Assembly: GCA_002402995.1 (NCBI GenBank)
Contig: DHGX01000001.1
Span: forward strand, 151,073-215,072
Direction of reading: 5' to 3'
Source: Patescibacteria group bacterium UBA4787
GTDB taxonomy: Bacteria; Patescibacteriota; Patescibacteriia; UBA2591; UBA4787
DNA length: 64,000 nt
The notes under the pieces were generated by a model. It saw nothing but the letters and a program-made list of their open reading frames with translations. It made no database searches and had not been told where the DNA came from. Numbering within the stretch: position 1 is the stretch's first letter; each line of letters begins with the position of its first letter. Positions 18,461-26,297 of this stretch are shown one piece after another. The position numbers and the translations under genes were made by a program.

Positions 18461-18826
18461 ATGAAAAAGTATCTTCTCGCGACCCTTTTAACCATCTTTA
18501 TGGTGGTGCCTATCGCGGCTTTGTCGCAGACCAACAATTGGGAAATGGGTTTAACCCAGTTCCAAGGGCAGACCGGGTTGGGTAATCAGGATTTGCCTAC
18601 TACTATTGGCAAGATCGTGAATATCGTCCTAAGTTTCTTGGGTTTAATTGCCGTTGTAATCATCATCATCGGTGGCTTTATGTGGATGACTTCTGGTGGT
18701 AGTGAAGACAAAATTGGTGCCGCTAAGAAATTAATGATCAACGGTGTTATCGGCTTGCTCATTATTGTCGTTTCTTATGCCGCGGCGAACTTTATCGTTT
18801 CGAGATTAAAAACCGTTGCCGGCTAG
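18461..18826 (+). CDS. VirB2/TrbC-like pilin-fold protein (paralog 3)
   Basis: The core GGFMWMTSGGSEDKIGAAKK lies between two hydrophobic helices. A signal peptide is present. Confidence 0.5.
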   Translation: MKKYLLATLLTIFMVVPIAALSQTNNWEMGLTQFQGQTGLGNQDLPTTIGKIVNIVLSFLGLIAVVIIIIGGFMWMTSGGSEDKIGAAKKLMINGVIGLLIIVVSYAAANFIVSRLKTVAG

Positions 18827-18861
18827 TTATCTAATCGAAATTTAAACGCATTTTTGGTTTT

Positions 18862-19320
18862 ATGGTTTATTTAACTAATAAAATCAATTTTTATAACAAA
18901 ACAAGAGCGAATTATCATTTCGCTCTTGTTTTTATGGTTATTGTCTTGACCGGTTTATCTTTAATTATCGCGCCGTCTGTTTTAGCTCAAGAAAATCCAT
19001 TGGATGCTCTACAAAGCACCGCTCAAACCGCTGGTCTTGCTGGCGAAACAGATATAACCGTGATTATCGGTCGTATTATTAATGTTGTTCTAAGTCTATT
19101 GGGTTTAATTGCTGTTATAATCATCATCATCGGTGGCTTTATGTGGATGACTTCTGGTGGAGATGAAACTAAAATTAAAAAAGCCAAAGGCTTAATGCTC
19201 AATGGCATAATTGGCTTGTTGATTATAGTTATTTCTTATACTGCAGCCACGTTTATTATTGGAAGATTGCAAGAAGTCGGCCAAGGCAATGGCGCAGGAA
19301 GCGGTCCCATCACTCCTTAA
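18862..19320 (+). CDS. VirB2/TrbC-like pilin-fold protein (paralog 4); likely true start about 18934
   Basis: The core GGFMWMTSGGDETKIKKAKG is present. The internal Met MVIVLTGLSLIIAPSVLA gives a proper signal peptide. The C-terminal tail is Gly-rich (GQGNGAGSGPITP). Confidence 0.5.
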   Translation: MVYLTNKINFYNKTRANYHFALVFMVIVLTGLSLIIAPSVLAQENPLDALQSTAQTAGLAGETDITVIIGRIINVVLSLLGLIAVIIIIIGGFMWMTSGGDETKIKKAKGLMLNGIIGLLIIVISYTAATFIIGRLQEVGQGNGAGSGPITP

Positions 19321-19355
19321 ATTTAATTATTTTTATTATTTTTTCGAATAGAGAA

Positions 19356-19398
19356 AAAGAGAGGCATTTTTGCCTCTCTTTATATTTATTTTTTTATC
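19356..19398. terminator. bidirectional intrinsic terminator between the convergent pilin gene and the lipoprotein gene
   Basis: A perfect 10-bp stem aaagagaggc/gcctctcttt with loop attttt is flanked by A-run and T-run. Confidence 0.7.
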
Positions 19399-20029
19399 GA
19401 ACGTAGAAATCCCAATCATACCATTTATTGCCAAAAAACACTTCTCGTTTCTCGGCGTTGGCTTTCCACTTGACCGTTTCGGTTTTCATGATTTCCATGT
19501 GGTTGTTGAGATGGTCGATGACAAAGACGTTCTGGCCGACAGGAATAGATAGTTCTGCCATCTGTTTAGGGCAAAGCCTGAGCGGCTTTGCTGTTTTGCG
19601 GCTAAAGTCGGCACCGGTTCTGATCTCGACATAATGGCCGGAAGTGTTGATAATCACGCCTCGAACAAAAGATGTTTTACCAGAAAGCCCATTTTTGAAA
19701 GCTTCGGCTTCAGCTTTTATCATTTCGGCTTCAGCTTTTATCATTTCGGCTTCGGCAGAGGCGATTATTCTCTGATTCTCGAGTTCTGCGTCCAGTTTTT
19801 GTTTCTGCATTTCCCGCATGAGCCGTGTGTTTTCGGCTATCTGTGAAGAATCGAATGCGGTAAGGCCACCGTCACGTTCGTACGAAGACGAAATTGGGTC
19901 TAGGGTGGTTTTCTGGCTTACTTTGATACTGGCGCATCCGGGAACGATAGCGATGAGTACGCCGAGCACCAAGGTCACCAAAATAACCAGAGATGTTTTT
20001 TTGAACGAGAACATGGCTTTTTCCTCCAA
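19394..20029 (-). CDS. hypothetical lipoprotein with internal AEAEMIKAEAE tandem repeat
   Basis: A signal peptide with a lipobox-like VPGC is present. A 21-bp DNA tandem repeat at 19704..19756 encodes the repeated AEAEMIK motif. Confidence 0.4.
   Translation of the reverse strand: MEEKAMFSFKKTSLVILVTLVLGVLIAIVPGCASIKVSQKTTLDPISSSYERDGGLTAFDSSQIAENTRLMREMQKQKLDAELENQRIIASAEAEMIKAEAEMIKAEAEAFKNGLSGKTSFVRGVIINTSGHYVEIRTGADFSRKTAKPLRLCPKQMAELSIPVGQNVFVIDHLNNHMEIMKTETVKWKANAEKREVFFGNKWYDWDFYVR
19704..19756. repeat. 21-bp tandem repeat (about 2.5 copies) inside the lipoprotein gene
   Basis: The unit tcggcttcagcttttatcatt is repeated twice, followed by a partial copy. Confidence 0.6.
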
Positions 20030-20236
20030 AATTTCTGTTTAAATTTTAATGAACAACGCGGTTGATATTCTTTATCCTCTAATTAAATCATAACAAATTT
20101 TTACAGAAAAGTCAATCCCTACAGAAGAAAATAAATTAGTTAAATAGTCAATTGACCGATTCATAGGTATTCATTTTTTCTAAGGATTTGGCTCCAAAAT
20201 TTACAAAAAAATTATTCTCGTTTTAATTTAACGGGA

Positions 20237-21535
20237 TTATCGATAAAATAGAAAAATTAAAAGCAGATAAAAATTGAATAAAGCAGACAGGATAATAGCG
20301 ATTTTCATGCCTGTTTTTAGTTCTTGGTTTTTTTCAAAATAGTTTTTCATTAAAATCCAAAAAAGAAGAGGCAGAAAATCTAAAGCATAGCGATAACCCA
20401 TGGTTACATAACCAGCCCCGCCATAATAGAGGAAAAGGAGTGCGGCAATTATAGATATGTTAATAATTAATATTTTGGAGAGTCGATCTCTATATTTTAA
20501 AAAGAAAAAATATAAAAAATAAGGCGAAGTAACAAAAATACTCATACCATAAGGATTTGGTTTTATGAAAGGCAGTTGGAAGGTGGGCGAACTTCCTTGA
20601 TAGACTAACTGCGGTCCACTAAGAAAAAAATAATAGACATTGGTTGGCAAATGCTCGAGACTTAAAATTCCTTTATAGTCGCGAGCCTTCAGTAACAATG
20701 GACTTAAAACATATTGGTTTTTATAGCCGCCCTCTAGAATATTATCAAAACGCAGATAATTGTAGGTTATTAATAAAAAAGAGGCGATAATTAACGGCAT
20801 TAAAAGAGAAATTAAATTTTTTATTTTTTGTTTTTTTTCTTTTCGAGAAATGAAAATTATTTCCAAAATAAAAAAAATAATATTGAGGCCGGCGGTTAAA
20901 CGAGTGGCAAGCATTAAGGCCAAGAATATACCAATAAGCCAATAACGTTTTTTGCCCAAATATTCATAAACACTCAACAAGCCGAGAAGAACTGCAATAA
21001 CCTGTGCGAAATACCAGCTCCAAGGAATAAAAATTACTCCGATTAACATGGTGGCAAAACAAAATGCGAAAGCCCAATACCATGAATCGTTTTTTGTGTA
21101 ATTCAGGCGTTGAGCGATTTTAAAACAGATAAACGCAATAAATAAAACCAAGATAATCTGTAAAAATCCTTGATAAAAAAATAAATTAAAGATATTTGAC
21201 AAAAAAACAAAAGGCAAAAGAACAACGGCCGGAAAAGGACCGAGCGGCCAATAATAATGACCGTGATAGAGAGTAGTGTCATCGCTCCAGGAAAATCCCG
21301 GCATTTCCAAAAAATATAATCTACCGTGCAAAAATGATTTAGCCAAAAAAGAAAAATGCTGTTCGCCTTTAATGGTTATATTGGTGGCTATACTGATAGC
21401 CAAAAAGATTATAAACAAAATAATAATTAAATTGCGCGAAACAGAATATTTTGTCCAAAGATTTTTAATTTTTGAAGTTATCAAGGACATCGCGATGGAA
21501 CTTAAGGCGGAAAATAGTTTTAAAAAATTCAACAA
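20237..21535 (-). CDS. polytopic membrane protein, possible GT-C-like glycosyltransferase
   Basis: It has more than 10 predicted TM helices and lies in a cluster with a GT2 Ppm-like gene and a GT-C-like gene. It overlaps the upstream gene by 71 nt as annotated, so the true start is probably further downstream. Confidence 0.3.
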   Translation of the reverse strand: MLNFLKLFSALSSIAMSLITSKIKNLWTKYSVSRNLIIILFIIFLAISIATNITIKGEQHFSFLAKSFLHGRLYFLEMPGFSWSDDTTLYHGHYYWPLGPFPAVVLLPFVFLSNIFNLFFYQGFLQIILVLFIAFICFKIAQRLNYTKNDSWYWAFAFCFATMLIGVIFIPWSWYFAQVIAVLLGLLSVYEYLGKKRYWLIGIFLALMLATRLTAGLNIIFFILEIIFISRKEKKQKIKNLISLLMPLIIASFLLITYNYLRFDNILEGGYKNQYVLSPLLLKARDYKGILSLEHLPTNVYYFFLSGPQLVYQGSSPTFQLPFIKPNPYGMSIFVTSPYFLYFFFLKYRDRLSKILIINISIIAALLFLYYGGAGYVTMGYRYALDFLPLLFWILMKNYFEKNQELKTGMKIAIILSALFNFYLLLIFLFYR

Positions 21536-22190
21536 TTTCTTTTTTGCCGAGTTTTGATTGCCCGGCCCGCCGATCCGTAAAAACGACCGGCATCTCTTTA
21601 ATTTTAAGATTGTTTTTTTCCGCTAAATAAATTATTTCTTCAAGCCAAGCGTAGCCGTTGCTTTCAAGATTTTGAAAATTTATTTTTTGCAGGGCTTCTT
21701 TTCTAAAACAGCGGAAGCCGGCTGTTAGATCCTTGGTTTTTATATTAAGCGCTAAACGCGCGAAAGACATAGCTCCCCAAGAACAAAATTTACGCCACAA
21801 ATTCCAGTTGATAATTTGTCCGCCTTTGATTTTCCTTGAACCGATTACTATATCATACCCTTTTAGGCACGCGGTTATTAAGCGAGGTATATCTTTGGGA
21901 TTATGCGATAAATCAGCATCCATTTGAATAATCAGATCAGCGTTATTCTGGATTGCCAGGCTAAATCCTTGTTTATACGCGCTGCCAATGCCTTGTTTGG
22001 CGGACCGATGAATAACCGAAAGATTATAATTTTCAACTAATTTTTCGGCCAAATCGCCGGTTCCGTCAGGAGAATTATCATCAACTATAATGACCCGCGA
22101 ATTTTCAATTTTCAGCGCGAAAATTTCTTTGACCAAATTTTCCAAATTTTCTTTTTCGTTGTAAGTAGGAATAACTATGTATATTTTCAT
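21465..22190 (-). CDS. GT2 polyprenol-phosphate glycosyltransferase (Dpm1/Ppm1-like)
   Basis: MKIYIVIPTYNEKENL...VIIVDDNSPDGTGDLAEKL...QMDADLSHNP is the classic soluble Dpm1-type GT2 (DxD). Confidence 0.75.
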   Translation of the reverse strand: MKIYIVIPTYNEKENLENLVKEIFALKIENSRVIIVDDNSPDGTGDLAEKLVENYNLSVIHRSAKQGIGSAYKQGFSLAIQNNADLIIQMDADLSHNPKDIPRLITACLKGYDIVIGSRKIKGGQIINWNLWRKFCSWGAMSFARLALNIKTKDLTAGFRCFRKEALQKINFQNLESNGYAWLEEIIYLAEKNNLKIKEMPVVFTDRRAGQSKLGKKEIVEFFKTIFRLKFHRDVLDNFKN

Positions 22191-22213
22191 TTTTGCAAAT
22201 TGATTAATTTTTT

Positions 22214-23881
22214 CTACCTTAGATTATAAACAGCCGCTTCTTCGTCTTCGTATGTTTTAAAGAAAAAAGGAGAATGGTCAAGCTTCAATTTGAGTGGCTT
22301 ATAGGAAGAGCCAAACTCTCTTTTTTCCAGCAAAAACCAGAAAGAGCGGAAGTCGTTTTTTACAATTTGCGATATTTCTTGAGCACCGATTTTATTCTGG
22401 CTGATTTTTTGCCATTTCTCAAATAAATCTTTACTAAAGGCGTACATAAAAGTTTGGTCCAGGCCGTTAATATAATAATGTTCTGTGTCAAAATAAAATA
22501 AAAATGGAAAAGTATCCCAGCGTTGCTGGTAAATAATTTCTTTGGCCGGAATATTATTCTTTATCCACCAAGTTGTTTTTTGCAAATGTGTATAGGGGAT
22601 ACTTTCATTTAAACTTTTTTGGTATTCATTTTTTATTTGCAAGAAAGATTGGTCAAAAAAGCTTTTTATGCCAAAACCGATAATGCCGATTAAAATAAGA
22701 CTTGTGCCAAAAAGAGCCGCGGATGATTTGCCATGGAATAAGTTTTTAATTTTATTTTTAATCTCAGGCCAATTAGCTACTCGGAATAAATTATCTAAAA
22801 CCAAAGCCGAAAAAATAAGAGCCAGGGGCGCGAAGTATTCAATATTCCGCCGGGCTTTTAGGGTGTAAAGCAAGAAAAAGAAAGACAATAAAGCCAAAAA
22901 CCAAGTTTTTTTGCTTTGTTTTTTGGCATTGGACGCGAAATAGGCCACAGCCACCATCCACAATAAAATAATAGGGAAATTAGTAACAAGAAAAAATGTC
23001 GGATCAGAAGGATACCATTCCGCACCCACACCGATTTTGGCGTAATAATTGATAATGGCGATGTGGGTTAATTCAAACCAGTGGAAATAATAAGTTTTTG
23101 GGAAATAAGGATTTAAGGTGAGCCCCAAAATAATGCCCGAAAGAACAGATGCTAAAATAATTATATTAGGCCGCGAAAATATATTTTTTATCAAAAATCG
23201 TGCGTTGATTTTTTCTCGGTTTTGCAAGATTGAATAAAATAATTTTCCCAAGATATAAAAAATAACAGCTAATATTAGTAGAGGAAAGGCTCCGTATAGC
23301 CAAACATAAATAAAGCTGATGATTGCTAATGGCCGCCATTTTCCCCGGCTTATAAAATAAATAGCCAAAAATAAAACAATTATAGAAACAGCCGGCGCTC
23401 GCGTTAAGGAAATCCGCATTAAAAAACCATTGCTTAAAAAAAGGATTAAAATATATAAAAAGGGTTTCCGAACCTTCCATTTTTTAAGTAACCAATAAAC
23501 AGTTAAAAAAACCAAACTAGCCAAAAGGATCGCCGCCAATTTGGTTTTAATGAGCGGTTCAATTTCCAAACCAAAAGAATCCAAATTGGTGGGTGAAGGA
23601 ATTAACAAGAAGGGGATTAAAATAATATGATAACCAAAATGTTGATTGACAAAAAAATTATTATAAGTCGTATATTGCGTCCACGGGAAATTTTGAATAA
23701 TGCCCTGGTCTTTTATCATCATAGCCATTTTGGTGTGGAAAAAACCGTCCGGACACAACAAAGATGGCGTGTTCATAATCCACGTCAAAGCCAAAAAGAG
23801 AAATAAAAAAACCAGCCAATATTCTAAATGGTTGATTTCTACGATTTTTTTTATTTTTAATATTATGTTTTTAATAGACAT
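22214..23881 (-). CDS. GT-C-fold membrane glycosyltransferase (ArnT/PMT-like)
   Basis: It is a 555-aa polytopic protein. Its N-terminal loop DGFFHTKMAMMIKDQG resembles the DE/DD catalytic loop of GT39/GT83 enzymes. Confidence 0.45.
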   Translation of the reverse strand: MSIKNIILKIKKIVEINHLEYWLVFLFLFLALTWIMNTPSLLCPDGFFHTKMAMMIKDQGIIQNFPWTQYTTYNNFFVNQHFGYHIILIPFLLIPSPTNLDSFGLEIEPLIKTKLAAILLASLVFLTVYWLLKKWKVRKPFLYILILFLSNGFLMRISLTRAPAVSIIVLFLAIYFISRGKWRPLAIISFIYVWLYGAFPLLILAVIFYILGKLFYSILQNREKINARFLIKNIFSRPNIIILASVLSGIILGLTLNPYFPKTYYFHWFELTHIAIINYYAKIGVGAEWYPSDPTFFLVTNFPIILLWMVAVAYFASNAKKQSKKTWFLALLSFFFLLYTLKARRNIEYFAPLALIFSALVLDNLFRVANWPEIKNKIKNLFHGKSSAALFGTSLILIGIIGFGIKSFFDQSFLQIKNEYQKSLNESIPYTHLQKTTWWIKNNIPAKEIIYQQRWDTFPFLFYFDTEHYYINGLDQTFMYAFSKDLFEKWQKISQNKIGAQEISQIVKNDFRSFWFLLEKREFGSSYKPLKLKLDHSPFFFKTYEDEEAAVYNLR

Positions 23882-23996
23882 AGTATTTGTATTTTAGGGT
23901 TTTTTCTTGAAAAAGTCTAATCCCTCCTTGCCTTGTTTTTATTTTTATTTTCAGCTACAATTTAATTGTTAACAAGATAATCTATAGAGGATTTTT

Positions 23997-24731
23997 ATGT
24001 CAGGACATTCTAAGTGGGCCAAATTAAAGCACACAAAAGGCGCGATCGATGCCAAAAAAAGCGCTATGTTTACTAAAATCGCGCATGTGATTACTATCGC
24101 GGCTCGCGAAGGTGGGGGCGATCCGGAAGCCAACCCTAAATTGAGAATGACCATGGAACGAGCGCGGATAATTAATATGCCTAAGGATAATATTGAACGT
24201 GCCATTAAACGCGGCGCCGGCGGACCAGATAGCGCCAGTTTAGAAGAAATTACTTATGAGGTTATCGGTCCTGGTGGTTCAGTTGTTTTGGTTGAAGTTC
24301 TAACTGACAACAAGAATCGTACTATTTCTAATTTGCGCCGTGTTTTGAATCATTATGGTGGGACATTGGCTACAACGAACGCGGTTTTATGGATGTTTGA
24401 TAAAAAAGGAATTATTGAAATTGAAAATTATCAAAGTCAAATTAATAACTTCGACGAATTTCAATTAGAAGCAATTGATGCAGGAGTGGAAGACGTAGAA
24501 AACATAGAAACAGACTTGGTTTTATACGTAAAACCCGAGAATATGGAAGCAGTTAAAAGTTTCTTGTTTAGTAAAAATATTAAAATTACCAATGCAGACG
24601 TTGAATGGCGAGCCAAAAATTTAATTGAAGCCAATTCTACGGCCAAAGGGCAGTTAGAATCATTGTGTGCTGAATTGGAAGAAGATTCTGATGTTACAGA
24701 TTATTATACTAATGTCGAAGGGTTAGAATAA
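23997..24731 (+). CDS. yebC: YebC/PmpR-family transcriptional regulatory protein
   Basis: MSGHSKWAKLKHTKGAIDAKK is the invariant family N-terminus. Length is 244 aa. Confidence 0.85.
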   Translation: MSGHSKWAKLKHTKGAIDAKKSAMFTKIAHVITIAAREGGGDPEANPKLRMTMERARIINMPKDNIERAIKRGAGGPDSASLEEITYEVIGPGGSVVLVEVLTDNKNRTISNLRRVLNHYGGTLATTNAVLWMFDKKGIIEIENYQSQINNFDEFQLEAIDAGVEDVENIETDLVLYVKPENMEAVKSFLFSKNIKITNADVEWRAKNLIEANSTAKGQLESLCAELEEDSDVTDYYTNVEGLE

Positions 24732-24755
24732 AAGTTTGAATAATTTTAATCATAT

Positions 24756-26096
24756 ATGTTTTGGGGGGCAGGAAAAACAATCAAAAAATTTTTACCCAAA
24801 TCGTTTTTGTTAAAAATGTATTATCCGGTGATTTCTTTATTGGCTAATTTCTTTTATGGTCGGCCTTCGGAGAAAATGATTGTTATCGGCGTGACTGGTA
24901 CGGCTGGCAAATCAACTACCGTTAATTTGATCGGTAGAATTTTAGAGGCAGCCGGATATAGAGTCGGATGGACGAGCACTTTAAATTTTAAAATCAATAA
25001 TCGTGAATGGATTAATAGAACCAAAATGACGATGTTGGGTAAATTTGCCCTGCAGAAATTATTGAAAGAAATGGTTAACGATAAATGCGAATGTGTTGTT
25101 ATTGAGACTTCTTCGGAGGGAGTTACTCAGTCGCGACACATAGGAATTAATTATGATATTTTAGTTTTTACTAATTTGTCTCCAGAACACATTGAATCAC
25201 ACGGCGGTTTTAATAATTATCGATCAGCTAAAGGTAAATTATTCGTTAGTCTTTCACGGGGTAGGCGAAAATTTTTAAACGGACGAACCATAGAGAAGAC
25301 AAAAGTTATTAATTTAGATGACGAAAATTCTGTTTATTTTCTGGGTTTTCGGTCGGACAAAACTATCGGCTATACCATCAAAGACGCTGTTAATTGTTCA
25401 AATTTCCAAATTGATAAAACAATAAGATACGATCAATGCTTGCCCAAGTCCAATATAACAGAATTGGTATTTAACGGCGCGCGTATTAATTTTCCTCTTT
25501 TGGGAGAGTTCAACGCTTATAACGCGTTAGCGGCTATTAGCGCGGTTGATAGTTTCAGAATAGAACACATAAATATTAAAAAGGGCTTGGAGTCAATTAA
25601 AATTATTCCAGGTCGATTAGAATATATAAATGCCGGGCAAAATTTTTCTGTGGTAATCGATTACGCGCACACTCCGGAAGAATTAAAAAAGGTTTATAAT
25701 TTTTTGAATGCGACAAAAAACAATAAAGCAAAAATTATTTCTGTGTTTGGGTCGGCCGGCGGCGGAAGAGATAAATGGAAAAGATCAGAGTTGGGTAAAC
25801 TGGCCGCCGCTCTCACAGATGTCGTTGTTATTACTAACGAAGATCCTTATGACGAAGACCCGCAAAAAATAATTAATGAAATAAGCGCCGGCGCTAAAAA
25901 TATCTTCGGATTCCGTGCTAAAATAATTTTAGAAATATTGAATCGTCGTTCGGCCATTCAAAAAGCCATCTCTTTTGCCGAAGCAGGCGATATAATTATT
26001 ATTACTGGTAAGGGCTCGGAAGAATGCATTATGGGTTCAAGAAATACAAAAATTCCTTGGAATGATAAGGAGATTGTTCTGGAATTATTAAAATAA
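24756..26096 (+). CDS. Mur ligase family protein (MurE-like) lacking the usual N-terminal substrate domain
   Basis: The P-loop VIGVTGTAGKSTT is present. GEFNAYNALAAI and IDYAHTPEEL are MurE-type motifs. The P-loop begins at about residue 45, so the N-domain is missing. Confidence 0.6.
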   Translation: MFWGAGKTIKKFLPKSFLLKMYYPVISLLANFFYGRPSEKMIVIGVTGTAGKSTTVNLIGRILEAAGYRVGWTSTLNFKINNREWINRTKMTMLGKFALQKLLKEMVNDKCECVVIETSSEGVTQSRHIGINYDILVFTNLSPEHIESHGGFNNYRSAKGKLFVSLSRGRRKFLNGRTIEKTKVINLDDENSVYFLGFRSDKTIGYTIKDAVNCSNFQIDKTIRYDQCLPKSNITELVFNGARINFPLLGEFNAYNALAAISAVDSFRIEHINIKKGLESIKIIPGRLEYINAGQNFSVVIDYAHTPEELKKVYNFLNATKNNKAKIISVFGSAGGGRDKWKRSELGKLAAALTDVVVITNEDPYDEDPQKIINEISAGAKNIFGFRAKIILEILNRRSAIQKAISFAEAGDIIIITGKGSEECIMGSRNTKIPWNDKEIVLELLK

Positions 26097-26128
26097 TCAA
26101 GATTCGCGGATAAAGGTGGATAAAGCAT

Positions 26129-26157
26129 TTGACAGAATATTTAAAATATGTATTATT
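26129..26157 (+). promoter_or_regulatory. candidate sigma70-type promoter upstream of rpoB (TTGACA, 16-17 nt spacer, TATTAT)
   Basis: ttgaca lies at 26129..26134 and tgtattatt at 26149..26157. A 5' leader of about 140 nt would follow. Confidence 0.4.
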
Positions 26158-26297
26158 AATCGAATATAATCAATAATATCCATTAACAATTGTTTAGTTA
26201 ATTGGAAAATTTAATTCGAAATTCCTCTTGAAATCTTGTTAAGGGGAATTGTTTGCTTTAGCGCGGGATTTTAATAATTTTTATATAAAAAATAAAA

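Noticed and set aside
26221-26258. Hairpin in the rpoB leader (aattcctctt ... aaggggaatt) as an attenuator
   Set aside because: The stem is plausible (10 bp, one G-U) but lacks a following T-tract and any conservation evidence. It is noted only as low-confidence structure.
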